DNA of 63,486 nucleotides, the filler included, from Asterionella formosa (Eukaryota): the NCBI GenBank assembly GCA_002256025.1. It is 24 parts of 24 records of this genome, joined end to end, with 100 filler letters (N's around TTAATTAATTAA, not from the genome) between each part and the next. Parts side by side here need not be neighbours in the genome. Positions count along the whole stretch, not along the records: positions 13,240 to 38,721 come from NKIB01001959.1; positions 38,822 to 40,374 come from NKIB01001960.1; positions 40,475 to 42,027 come from NKIB01001961.1; positions 42,128 to 43,680 come from NKIB01001962.1; positions 43,781 to 45,332 come from NKIB01001964.1; positions 45,433 to 46,984 come from NKIB01001965.1; positions 47,085 to 48,635 come from NKIB01001966.1; 17 more parts are not named here. One strand, written 5' to 3'. Positions 36,201 to 48,735 of this stretch are shown piece after piece; within the stretch, counting starts at the first letter, position 1, and the number at the start of each line of letters is the position of its first letter. The notes beneath the pieces were generated by a model that was given only the letters and a program-made list of their open reading frames with translations, did no database searches and was not told the origin of the DNA. A program made the translations under genes and the position numbers.

Positions 36201-38438
36201 GTTTTGATCCCTTTGGCATTCAAGTCAAGAAACAAGCAACTCATTGAGATTTCTGGAGGTTTTGGTCAGTGGCACCATACAGCAAGCAACAAAATTTAAC
36301 AGATTATGGCGGCTGTTCTCCATTTTCTGTAGCAAGTGACATCCAAGAAGAAGGGTCTGAGATCATTGGGGAGAAAAATTAGTAGGCTTCTCTGTGTTTG
36401 CCCCCGCCCATTTGGCAGCCATTCTACCATTGCTCCCTCTCAATCAATACTAGTAGTATAGCTAATGAAAACCGTAATTAGATGAAATGTGACTTCCGGT
36501 TTCTAATATTTTACATTGTTTCACTACTGAAACTTGAATCCACAAATGGGCATTCAACATGTGCTTCTTGCATTTTTGCAGTATAGACTGGCTGGTGGTC
36601 GATATCTACAAAGTACTAGTGCTTTTGTCGAGGTTTGTGTCTAAATCCAACTGCTGCCATCCATTAAACCATTCCAGATAAATCAAAGAATACGCTCTTG
36701 TTGTCAAAGGTAAGGAACTAGTACGATGACAAAGAAAATCTAATGAGACATGAAAATTTTGAAACCAGAATCACTCTGTTACTATAAATGGACAGTCTCC
36801 TGCTTCGTTGTGCATATCGCCTGCTATGCTGCATTTCAATTCTAGATGTATTACGTTCTTCTTAGAGAGACGATGTTACAGAGAAGTACATTGTGCTGTT
36901 CTTTAATATGAAACATCAATGCCTCTACCATCAATTCGAGTCTTGAATTCACCTCCCAAGTTGTATGTGGCGGGATGAGCAGGGCATGCCAAAAGCCTAA
37001 CAATGTCTGTCTGCAAAAGAGGAAAAAGAACCAACATTCCCAGCTCACATCAAAAAGGTTGATTGTGCTGTTTGGATATAAATACTAGAGTGGCTTAGAG
37101 GATAGAGCTTTTCCTCTTCTTCCCTGACACAATTAATGAAAGAACAATAGATCCAGTCACGACTGTAAGTGTCCAACAGGAAATGGCAACTCGCTTTATT
37201 GATCCTCTGCAATGTCATTAACTCCATTTCTGTCTCTTCTCTTTCTTGTATATGCCGCAATCGCAATTCCATGAGGAAAGAATGATTGTTTTGTAAATGA
37301 GGAATGATTGAATACAAAAAATATTGTTTTCAAGTCCCTCAAGGGAACCCAGATCGGAAAACGATTGGAAAAGAGTTCAGGCAACTCAACAATCAATGAA
37401 TCAGCTGGGATATGGGCAGCAAGTTCAGGATATTCCATTGGTTGACTGTAGCGATGAAGCAACACCCAACACAAATCTTTATTAGGCAAACAAGGATTAG
37501 ACAACAAGAAAGGTTGTTGTTCATTGATGGGAACAATTTTCTGATTTTCTGAAAGCAATGGTGCTACATCGAGCAAACGTCCCACAGATCCATCTGATTG
37601 ACAAAGAAACTCACCTGTTGATAGCATAGCCTTTAACGTATTCATGTAGACAGGCTTGTTAGCTTCAAACCTACTTTTCAATTCAATAACAGCCAGTCGC
37701 AAATGTTACCACCATGGTCATTGGAGAGTCACTAGTACAGCTTTGTTGTCTTGATTGATTTTTAGGGGTATTAAATCAATGTTGACCAATGATTACTATG
37801 TAATTGTCTTAGAGAGTACTATAGGGTTTCATTGACCAGCCTGGTTCAAAAACTCGGGAAAACTAGCAAAACAAAAACAAGTTTTAGCTCAATAACAAAC
37901 CAGGAAAATTGGAAAAATTTGACTCCAGGCATTGTTGCATGTGGTCTGGGAATCAGCGCACATAGCGTGCAGGTTGCTCGTTTTCTGTTCATAAGAATAG
38001 ATTCACATACTACAAGAAAACGCTGGGGTGCACCCCCAAAAATTGTCGAAACCCTAAATTTTGCGCCAATCCGTTATTCCTTAAATAGTTGTTTACAGAG
38101 ACGTTAAGCCATTATTCGTTTTATTGTCAAAATGAACTTGAAGTCAGCAGTCAGCGATTTTTCAAATTTTCAGTGAATCAAGGCACAAGTCAGCGAAACG
38201 AAGTCCGCAGTCAGTAGGTAGCAAGATGAAGTCAGCATTTTTACAATAGTACATAGTGGTAGCATTATGAAGAAGTAGATAGCAATGATTATTTTTAGGC
38301 ATCAACGTCTATTTCACAGTTTATTACCATGTACGAAAACCTCTGTGTTACTCCCTCAATAGTGGGCGCGCTCTGATAATAAAAAATTATTATATCAGTC
38401 ATGTGTATTATAACACAAATCGTTGTACCCATAACCCC

Positions 38439-38510
38439 AAAATTTGTGTTTGTGTTGACCAAATTTGGTAACCAGGACTACCAAATTTGGTCAACACAAA
38501 CACAAATTTT
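38439..38510. repeat. Perfect 32-bp inverted repeat with an 8-nt loop
   Basis: AAAATTTGTGTTTGTGTTGACCAAATTTGGTA-accaggac-TACCAAATTTGGTCAACACAAACACAAATTTT. Confidence 0.95.
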
Positions 38511-38859
38511 TTACAGTTATAAATAACAGTGCATTATATAAAAAGATGTTTAGACATGAACGACTATAAAGAATTTCCCGGAATATTTCAAGACTTGCTT
38601 GCTCATACTCAAAATGGCTTGCTCTTGCCAAAATAGGTATGCATATACATATGCATATCGTTACATATCAATCAACCTCCTCAATAAATCGATCGTCATC
38701 GCTTTTAGATTTCGGCCATGTNNNNNNNNNNNNNNNNNNNNNNNNNNNNNNNNNNNNNNNNNNNNTTAATTAATTAANNNNNNNNNNNNNNNNNNNNNNN
38801 NNNNNNNNNNNNNNNNNNNNNATGAAATGTATATGATGAAAATTGATAGAGGGAAAATT

Positions 38860-39430
38860 TAACAGATGTGTTTGGTTTGTTGATTGAGAATGAGATGAGT
38901 TGTTTGATTGAGAATCAATTGTATATCCAGCAATTGTCTATCATGTATTGAGTAATATTCCAGAGGATATTGAATATTGTCTGCCAAAATTGGATGATTG
39001 AGGGAACAGGTAAACAAAGGTTCATCATCTACTTCAATTGAGAAAGTAGAAATGGATGTTGATGCTGAAGATTTCGGTCCAATATCATCCCCCACCAAAG
39101 ACTCAAGCCTCGGGAGGCGAGAGATAGAATCTGTAATATTTGACATCATCAGTACCCTTCATATTGTGAAAAGTGAGAAGATATTCTTCAATATAAATCC
39201 TCCACCGGAGAACACGCTGAGTTTCTGTGTAGGGTAATAAAGATAAAAATATGATGTTCAGTGTGAAAATGCAGAACCGCATTAAATGACATAGAGCGAA
39301 ATTCTTTGAAAGTTTCTTAATTGAAAATCAGAAACATTAGTAAAAATATGGAAAGGAAAATTACGATCAGGATAACTCATGCGTGTATCTGCAACTAACA
39401 ATGCTTTCATTGATGCAAAAGTTTGTTGAT
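38860..39430 (-). pseudogene. Ty3/Gypsy pol remnant (RNase H and downstream linker)
   Basis: MSYPDRNFPFHIFTNVSDFQL resembles LAYPD..KPF.I.TDAS.YQLG. NITDSISRLP resembles N..AD.LSRLP and is followed by YPL.Y..I...Q..D. Confidence 0.65.
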
Positions 39431-40474
39431 GTATGCATAGGTAACCATACAAATGGACTAGTTCCATTTCAATCCTGTTTTAAGTTTTGACGACCAAAAT
39501 TTTGAAGTCGGTTGGAGTTTATCGATATCCCATGGAGTCAGTTTCTTCAATAGACCATTTCATATAGAATGGTGCTGGAGTACTTCAGCCATAACAGCAT
39601 ATTTCCGTATCTGTATAGTTAGGAGCTTGAATGTTCCATGTGTAAACATAATCCTTGATAGGTGTATCAAAATATAACAAACCATTGTGCAAATGTTCTG
39701 TGCGTATCATTATAGGAATGCATGACATGCAGAAAAACACTGATATATCCACCATACAGACAGGACATGGTATTTGTAAATTAGCCGTCATAAAATAATC
39801 AGCTGGACAAATGAGCAAACTCGCAGAAGGTACTACGACCAGGTACTTCTGTTGCAAGATACAAGCTGACGGATTAAATTTTTGAGAGCATCATGCTGAG
39901 TACTGGCAAGGGAAGAAAAGGTGGGATCATACCTGCTATGCATGGTATATATTAATTATAAATGTTCGATTTACAACGAAATGTCCTGAAGTGCAATCCA
40001 TTCATAAGTTAAAGATCAGGACCCACCGTGATCAAATAATATTCATCTTATGTCATGCATATACAACGCAGCCACCAATACTTGGTTTGCTTATGACATG
40101 AGAATGAAATGCAATTAAGCTTTGCATTTTAAAATATCCCGTGTTAAAATAGCGGTGATATCCAACCTGTAATTATCCTGTAAATAACAAAAGTTATTCA
40201 GGTAATGATTGACGTAAGACATATTCAATGTGCTGTCGCTCATAAATATATATATATATGTATATTATTAAAATCATAGCATTGTTGCTTTTGTCGCACA
40301 TACTTCTGTTAAGGCGATATGTTCAGCATTCTGCTGGTTTTTTTATTAGGCACATCGGCCACTAACTGACCAACNNNNNNNNNNNNNNNNNNNNNNNNNN
40401 NNNNNNNNNNNNNNNNNNTTAATTAATTAANNNNNNNNNNNNNNNNNNNNNNNNNNNNNNNNNNNNNNNNNNNN

Positions 40475-42027
40475 AAGAATCGCCTCTGGCACTCTTCGCT
40501 TCAGTGTACTCCTTTTGAATCCTGGAATGGTTCCCCACCTGATCTATCCCACTTACGTGTTTTTGGCTCCCTTATCACAGCACGTATTCCTGGTGCTCGC
40601 CCTGCTAAGCTGGATCGGCATACCTATGATGGCATTTTTCTTGGGTACTCTGGTTCTGATAAAAATGTTCTATATATTGACATTCATTCTGGTCGTATCA
40701 AGATTGGTAGCAGCTTCACTTTTGATGAAGCCCACTTTACCTCTTCCAAACGCCCTCCTGGGCCTCAATTTCTCTTTGACCTTGGTCTCCACCAATCTAC
40801 TATCCTGGAGCCCCATACTGAGCCAGTGTCCACAACCATTACTGCTGTTGCCCCTGAACCACCTTTTCCTCTGTGTGCACCTATGACTCCTCCACTCCAT
40901 GCATGTGCTTTTCCCCTACCCTTTGGGGAAAACTTCACACCTCCTCCTTCCCATGCCCTCCTTCTTCCTTCTCGTGGTGATCATCCTACCATTGCTGCCG
41001 CTGCTGCCCTTTCTGCTCCAGAAGTAATGTCAATTGAATTGTCAGGGAATCCTTTTGGCCCTAGCTTTGTTGAATCTATTCCAATCACAGGTACACATAT
41101 CACAGCTGGCCTGGAAGTTCAATTTGATCCCATTCGAGGCTGCCTTTGCTTGCTATCCTGCACCCCTGGTACACCTGCTGCCCGCATCAGTCGCTGGCGC
41201 TCTCGTCTTCGCTTTGCTTATATCTTATCTGTAAATGATGTTCCTGTTTCCACCATTACTGATCTGGTCTCTGCCATTGCTCATGCACGTACTACTTCTC
41301 CCCATGCCTCCACCTGCAACATCTCTTTTACCTTTGATGACATCCACAACACTCTTTCAGCTCAGGGTCTCCCTCAATTATATTTTGACCAACTTCGAGA
41401 TATACGTAAAATTCAACAAAGCTTGCACACAGATTTTTCCGTCCCTCAAGCCAGTCGTTTAACTCGAAAGGGCCTTCAAACCCAACCTGACTGGTTGGAA
41501 TGGCTTGCTGCTGAGTTCCACCAATTAGATCAATATGCACAGCAGGATATGTTTGGTGATCCTTGCCCTCCTCCTCTTGATGCTTCCATCTTTCATTGGG
41601 TATGGATATACAAAATCAAGGAAGAAGAACAAAACCGAAAAAAGGCTAGGGCTGTTTGTGATGGTTCTACTCGTGGGGGCCAAGCTCAAATTCATGGTCC
41701 CACATATGCACCTACCCCTGACATGACGGATATGCGTCTCTTCTTTGCACTTGCTGCTCTTGAGAACAAATTGGTCTTTGGTGCTGACGTTTCCAATGCC
41801 TTTGCTGAAGCCACTGCCCCTGAACAGGTGTATTACATGCGTGTTGATACCCAATACCGTGAGTGGTGGGCTAGTAAAGGTCATCCACCCATTCCTGTCG
41901 GTTATGTCATTCCAATAAGAAAGAACTTACAAGGTCATCCTGAAGCTCCTCGCCAATGGTCCCGCCACATTGATACCATCTTGCAGGAATACAATTTTGT
42001 CCCCACAGTTCATGCTCCTTGCCTCTA
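40475..42027 (+). mobile_element. Ty1/Copia (CoDi-like) pol fragment: integrase C-terminus/SH3-like region, PDZ-like insert, reverse transcriptase N-half
   Basis: The whole contig is one open frame from 40475: NRL...TPFESWNG..PDLSHLRVFGS, KLD...GIFLGY, FDE, then EFHQL, WIYKIK, KARAVCDG, TYAP, ADVSNAF, LQGHPEAPRQW. Confidence 0.93.
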
Positions 42028-42149
42028 NNNNNNNNNNNNNNNNNNNNNNNNNNNNNNNNNNNNNNNNNNNNTTAATTAATTAANNNNNNNNNNNNNNNNN
42101 NNNNNNNNNNNNNNNNNNNNNNNNNNNTGCCATCCTTTGTCAGCTGACA

Positions 42150-43460
42150 ATGTGGGTTCACCCGTATCCGCCTCCTCACGGCCAGTCGCCTTCTCATCCT
42201 CCGATGATGCGGTACGAAGGCCCTCCGCGAAGTTACCATCGCGACGCAGAGCCGGCTCATTATCGCTACCCACCGCCGCCTTATCCTCCTAGGGCATTTG
42301 CTCCGTCTCATCACGACTATTCGCAATACCGTCACCACTATGGCTACGCCCATCGCGGCCCCCCGCCTCCTCCGCTGTACGAATACGAGTATTACAGCCC
42401 GGATCCTCGCGACGAGCCTCACATTCCAGAGACACATGAAGCAGCAGTCGACTTGACGTCCTCGCCGTCTAGTTTGCCCCTTTCACTCGCTTCCGGCGGG
42501 TGCACTTGCAAAAAGTCCAAGTGTCTTAAGCTCTACTGCCAGTGCTTTTCGTCAAGTACCACGTGCGGTCCCAAGTGCAAATGCCAAGACTGTCACAACA
42601 GTGCGGCCAACAGCGCTGACATTAACGAAGCACGAGCTAGTATATTGGAGCGGAATCCTTGTGCCTTTGATACAAAAACAACCACTCCTGTTTCGTCACC
42701 GCCATCGCCCAAGGCTGGATGCAAGTGCCGGCGCTCCTGCTGCCTTAAGAAGTATTGTGAGTGCTTTTCCAATGGTAACAAGTGCAATGATTCTTGTGGA
42801 TGTGTCAATTGCCAAAATACAGTTCCTCCTGCCTCGACGCCTCCACCGCCACCACAGGATCGCATGGCCATTATGGCAGCAGTGGCCATGACGGAACTTT
42901 TAGGCGTGGGGATGAAGCGAACCTTGGATGCGGCGTCGCCAGATTCTGTGGTCATGGTGAAGAAGATTAAGACTGGTGCCGAACCTACCCCTTTGAGCTT
43001 GTCGTCCTCGCCTTTGCCACCAGCATCTCCTAGTGCGAATATGAGCTCGTCGCCAAGAGCCTCACCTCTACCATCATCAAGCTATTATGGTACACACCGA
43101 CCTTCTTTCCCGAACTTCAAGTCGGAGGGACAAGGCTTGCCTAAGTCATTGTCATTTCGAAAGATTTGCTCCAAGTGTGGCAAGACTAGAGGTGAACATG
43201 GGGAACTTGGCTTTGGTCACCGGTGTGTCTATCAAGACTGTGGCAAGTGCGGAGCAGGGGTACAGATGCACGCAAAACGGGGTGTGCCCATGGGCGTGTT
43301 GTGTAGTCTCACGGAAAAAGAGGGTGCGATTCCGGGACATGCAGCGGGATATGTAAGGAAGATTGCTGACCTTGCTGCAAGGGCAGAGTTGCAACAGAGA
43401 ATTCAAAAAGAACGAACTGGGAGTTCTGCTGAGATTAGTGTAGTGGAAACAATGGTGTAG
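42150..43460 (+). CDS. Tesmin/TSO1-like CXC (CRC) domain protein; true start may lie upstream of the contig
   Basis: GCTCKKSKCLKLYCQCF...C..C.C.DC.N, the ILERNP.AF linker and GCKCRRSCCLKKYCECF...C.C.NC.N. Pro/His/Tyr-rich N-terminus and an extra C-terminal Cys/His domain. Confidence 0.92.
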   Translation: MWVHPYPPPHGQSPSHPPMMRYEGPPRSYHRDAEPAHYRYPPPPYPPRAFAPSHHDYSQYRHHYGYAHRGPPPPPLYEYEYYSPDPRDEPHIPETHEAAVDLTSSPSSLPLSLASGGCTCKKSKCLKLYCQCFSSSTTCGPKCKCQDCHNSAANSADINEARASILERNPCAFDTKTTTPVSSPPSPKAGCKCRRSCCLKKYCECFSNGNKCNDSCGCVNCQNTVPPASTPPPPPQDRMAIMAAVAMTELLGVGMKRTLDAASPDSVVMVKKIKTGAEPTPLSLSSSPLPPASPSANMSSSPRASPLPSSSYYGTHRPSFPNFKSEGQGLPKSLSFRKICSKCGKTRGEHGELGFGHRCVYQDCGKCGAGVQMHAKRGVPMGVLCSLTEKEGAIPGHAAGYVRKIADLAARAELQQRIQKERTGSSAEISVVETMV

Positions 43461-45106
43461 CTTCATGTGTATTTATAGAATAGAACGGACTGATGATGTT
43501 TACCCTAGAAACTGATCTTACTGTCTGCAACTGTTGAACCAATGCATACCGTATACCAGCGAAAGTCGCGGTAAATGAGCAATTTAGCTATGTTTTCCGT
43601 TTAGAAAAAACCGTCTTCTAACCTTCCAAGGTGATACTGCTCCCCTTGACTACCTGGTACCGGTAACTAGTACTCCCTCTNNNNNNNNNNNNNNNNNNNN
43701 NNNNNNNNNNNNNNNNNNNNNNNNTTAATTAATTAANNNNNNNNNNNNNNNNNNNNNNNNNNNNNNNNNNNNNNNNNNNNTAAGTATGTGATGCGCAATG
43801 CTTGGTTACTACCGGTATAGACACAAAGTGTTGTATGAATTTGTGAATGTTTTGCTTCCTTGGTTTCAGAATTCGGAGGCAAACAAAAATTTAAAAGCGC
43901 CTTGTCGGGCCCTTTGTGAATGGAGACAAGGTGTGTGAATAAATGAACAACCAGGATTGATGGGGAGACGCCGATCTCTCCAACAGTCTGATATGAATAG
44001 AAATACCGGTACGTATGCAATCTGACAAAGTCTGAATGCGGGGGTGACGAGCCGAGTCAAGGAGAAGAACAAGGAACATATCCTGACATCCTCATTATGT
44101 AAAGCTCCTCTGATGGCGCTATTATTCTACATACATGTCACTATACGCACAGATTGCAATGTGACATCATGCCGTGCATAGTACCAGGTAGTCATTGCAT
44201 TACCCGATATTCCGGTATGTAGATGTACATTCTGGTTGTATTCTTATTTTTGTCATACATGATGTGCCTATCTACCGGTACTACCAGGGTACCGGTAGGA
44301 TAGAGAAAGCTTTTATCTCATAGTGCCTGTACGTCTGTAGGACGGTTGTGGTTTTTTCCTGGTCATGCGATACTAATACCGTAGTGTTGAGCGACTGTAT
44401 TTCTCGAAAGGAATTTACTCCACTCTTCCATTTACTAGACTACTTTAAAATGTCGACCAAGATACGTCACTGTTGTATTTCGCTCACTGCTACTATGATA
44501 GAATCTCAATTTGTACCAGGTACCATATGTAGCATCGCGGTAGTTAGTGCTAGTTACCGCTACCAGGCGAAATGCTACTACATACCGGTAAGCAAACAAC
44601 AAGGCAGGAGACCGAAGAAAAAAGACGATCAACACATCTATAATTAAAATACGTAATGTTCATGACATTTGAGAACACTGAATTTCGGACGACACCATGA
44701 CACACCTGCCAGGAGCATCAGCCACATGCACGGAGACGAACGACGAGGTATACCGTTAGTATACGGTAACGATAAGTTCGTAGCCAGCCAGGTAGGTACC
44801 CGCACTCCGGAGCAGGACCAGCAAGCAATGCATTTTCTTACACTGCGGTATGTACAAAAGCTCCTCGTGGTCGCATCCCAACATAGCTACCCCGGTAAAC
44901 CCATGTGATAAGGAATGGGAGACCTTAAGACACCGGCATACGGGTGTATACATAGACACCACACACCATTGAACACACCATCATCATGATCAGTATGCGG
45001 CAAAACTGAAAACACGACTTGAACAAGAATCTCAGAATCATGACATCGAAGGCGATGATTTGACTGATTTATAAGTTTTTGATTCACCGTTCGTGCATCC
45101 ACAAAT

Positions 45107-45332
45107 ATGGTTCATGGAGGAGGTCATCACTATGGAGGAGGAGGAGAAGAAGGAGGAGGTCATCATGGCGGTGGCCATCATAGTGGATCTTCTTCCGGTT
45201 GGGGCGGAAGTAATCAAAACACCAGCCAATTCGGCAACACTTTCGGCAACTCCAACCAGACCGTTGTCGTCAATAATGTTGCTACGGGATATGGAGGATA
45301 CCAAAATAGTGGATTTGGTTTCTACAATACAA
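45107..45332 (+). CDS. Possible 5' end of a Gly/His-rich protein
   Basis: MVHGGGHHYGGGGEEGGGHHGGGHHSG...; open to the contig end, low complexity. Confidence 0.35.
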
Positions 45333-45432
45333 NNNNNNNNNNNNNNNNNNNNNNNNNNNNNNNNNNNNNNNNNNNNTTAATTAATTAANNNNNNNNNNNN
45401 NNNNNNNNNNNNNNNNNNNNNNNNNNNNNNNN

Positions 45433-46798
45433 GGTCAATGAACTCAATCACTACAAAGGTCGTAATTCGGTTCAAAACTCGTCCATACGAGGTTATCAAG
45501 ACTCTTCAATTTCAGCAGCCTTATCAGAACGTCGTTCTCGCTTAGCTAAAATTGAACCATCAATTGTCACAAAGGTTGTGAGTTTTATATTCAAGACCAA
45601 GAAGTTTTGCTGTGAACATGTAAGTTTGATGTTATAGTTTGTGAATTGCAGGTACTGTAAAACAGAATATCAATCAAATGTGCTTTTTTCTGTTCCCAAA
45701 AGAGAATCAAACATCCCGCCCTATCTGGTCCAAGTAGTATGAAAGGCATTTCCAATCACAAACAGGATTGGTTTGCCGAATGTTGCCTAACTCGGCTATA
45801 CACAGTGAAACCGGAGTTAGGCAAAGAAGTGGAGAGTGACCCAGAGCTTGCCGATTTCATATGGAATGGTTCTGATGCACTACTTCCAATGAATCAGACC
45901 ATTGAACGTACCAACAAGGCACGTTTAGATTACATCAAATCAACATTTGGTGGCATGTGCATTAAAAAGTTGAGAGAATGTCAGAATGTATTGAATAATC
46001 AATTTAAAGGAATCTTAGGTAAGTTCTTGCAGGGAGATTCACCGAAAGCATGATGTTTTGAGTGGGGGATTATATTCTTATCAAATATGTTTGCTAACAT
46101 AATTCATGACACACCAGCTGGTTTAACAGAATATAACTTCCAGACTATGGATATTGATGACTTTATTAGGTAGGCGTTCAAGCTTTATCGTTTTGCGCAG
46201 TCAAAGGACACTGACAGGGGAAGCCATGGATACCAAGTCTGGCGTGATGTTCTTGCTCCGGTGTATTTTATAGGCAGGACAAGCCGTGGAGAACCATTTT
46301 TAACAGGAGACAAATCTGGTGTGACCAAATTTCAACTCAGTCTCGGGCACAGTGTGAATTGCAAATACGTTTTGTTGGTTCGCTGATCAATGCCAGTACA
46401 GAAGCATTTTGCTTCTTGGTGCTGAAAAGAAAATTCCGATTACAACAAAAATATTTGGGTTTCAATCCAGATACCCATGAAATTTCAGAGAACAAAATTC
46501 GTCATTCTACCGATTTTGTTGACATTGGTGGGAAACCACTTATTAAAAAAATTTGAGGGAAGAAGGACTTTCACAAAAGAATCGATCTGAATATGGAAGG
46601 AATCCTAGTGGAATTGCTACTCCCACCGCAAATATCATCTACCCACACTCATACTTCCCATTTCCCAACGTAAGTGAAGAGGATATACATCAATATGTTG
46701 AATCACTTCAACCAAATGTTCCTGAAAGGAATATTGATTATAATGACCGAATTAATCAACAGGACATTGATGACGATGTTGATTTTGAATGGATCTAA
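45433..46798 (+). pseudogene. Spliced, probably degenerate member of the same broad family as 13762-15007
   Basis: LINASTEAFCFLVLK resembles SDEVFSLLVLE. Candidate GT-AG introns near 45620 and 46019. Acidic C-terminus. Frames are interrupted. Confidence 0.4.
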
Positions 46799-47116
46799 TA
46801 GAATCCAATGCATACTTAGTAGTTACATAATAATGATAGTTAGTGTGAGACTTCTACAATGCAAGCCATATCATAGATGATAGGAAAACATTGATTCTGC
46901 TCTATACTACTATTACTATTAGTGCCGCCTGTACTACATGTAGCGGTATACCTCCATTTTTAATACTATGGTGGAGTGATAATTNNNNNNNNNNNNNNNN
47001 NNNNNNNNNNNNNNNNNNNNNNNNNNNNTTAATTAATTAANNNNNNNNNNNNNNNNNNNNNNNNNNNNNNNNNNNNNNNNNNNNCAGACAAACAATAAAC
47101 ACTACCCACTTCGAAC

Positions 47117-48635
47117 ATGACGTTGTCACAAGAACGAACTACAATTTGTGAATCCTCGCCATTCGTTGGAACATGTGCTATTCAGCACCTTCGTTGGATA
47201 CAGATGATACTAGTAGGTCTGGCAGTCATCGCTTCCGTAGCGAGCGGCTTTTCGACGAAATCTGTGAATCCTGTTGTTGCCAGAAAGTCATTTGTTGCGA
47301 CGCAAAGATCGCCAACATCCGCGCAAGTTAAGACGGTCTATCGGACGCAAACGAAATTGGACCAAAGGATTAGCTTGACTGGGAAACCACCAGCAGCCAC
47401 AATTGTAAAGACTTGCGATAACGATGTAGAGACATTCAACTGTGACGACGAATACACTCCAAGCGACAAAAACGTAGACTATGTGCAAAACGGGCATCAA
47501 GAGTCAACGGAGGATGATATCCTGAGACTGCGACGAGCAGCAGTTGCAACAGTCCTTCTGAAATCCAAAGGGAGAGCAGCAATTGTGGGAAAGGATACTA
47601 GTGTGGGGGCGAGACGCATCGGATCAGCAAGCAAACCGAGTACATCAAAGACCGCCCAACTCATGTCAGCAGTGCGGAAGGTTGCGAGTGCAACAGTATC
47701 GAATGCGAACGAGACAAATAATTCAACAGGCGCGAGCTCGCCAGCCAGCATCACCAAGATTCAATCCACCATTGACAGTTTGCTATCAAATCAGTTGACT
47801 GCAAAAGATGGAGAAGGCGACAATGCTCTAGTATCCTTGGGTATACCTCGGGGTATGGGACTGCTTGGTGACCCTGTTGAAGCTGCTACTTCGCATAGAC
47901 TACTTCAGAATCCAATGCCAGGTACGATACTCTTGCTGCCCTCTTCTAGTCTTATGGAGGCAGGAGGGATCAATTTTGATACCATCACCGTTCGTGTGGC
48001 CACTACAGCAGATGACTTTGATGTTGCCAATCTCAGACTTTCAGTGTTTAGTGACTTTAGCCCCGAAGTTCGGAAGCAATTTTGTTCAAGGTCCATTCAA
48101 GCACTTTCTAACAGACGACTTCGTGGTGCAACCTCATTGGTAGCGTCGATCCCAGCGGGTGGCACCAAGAAAGACGGGAGGTCCGATGTGGTACTGGGGA
48201 GTGTGGAACTGAGTGTTCACGAGTTTTTCGGCTGTGAGTTGGGGAAGAAATCTGCAGAAGACTCGATTTTATATATTACAGAGGTGGCGGTAAACCCAGC
48301 TGCTCGACGATGTGGAATCGGTTTGAAGCTATTACAGGTGCGAACAAATTTACAATGGATCCTTTGTATTGTTTTCAATGAGAATGGATTAGTTACAAAG
48401 TCGATTAACCCATCCCATGTATTTATTCCTTCGTGTTGTACAGGGAGTGGATAAATTGGCAACATTGCGTAATGTGGAATCCTTGTATCTTCATGTGGAT
48501 GTTACCAACTCTGAAGCAATTGGACTCTATGAGAAAGCTGGCTATTCACGCGTGAACCAATCCATTCCAATGTATCATGACTTTACGAGATCGCTCAATT
48601 TGCAAGATGGAGCAACCAAGGGTCGTAAACACCTT
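47117..48635 (+). CDS. GNAT-family acetyltransferase, probably plastid-targeted; 3' end truncated
   Basis: VLGSVELS...LYITEVAVNPAARRCGIGLKLLQ, then GT-AG intron 48338-48443, then GVDKLA...LYLHVDVTN.EAIGLYEKAGY. The hydrophobic leader MILVGLAVIASVASG-F resembles the diatom ASAFAP motif. Confidence 0.88.
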
Positions 48636-48735
48636 NNNNNNNNNNNNNNNNNNNNNNNNNNNNNNNNNNNNNNNNNNNNTTAATTAATTAANNNNNNNNN
48701 NNNNNNNNNNNNNNNNNNNNNNNNNNNNNNNNNNN

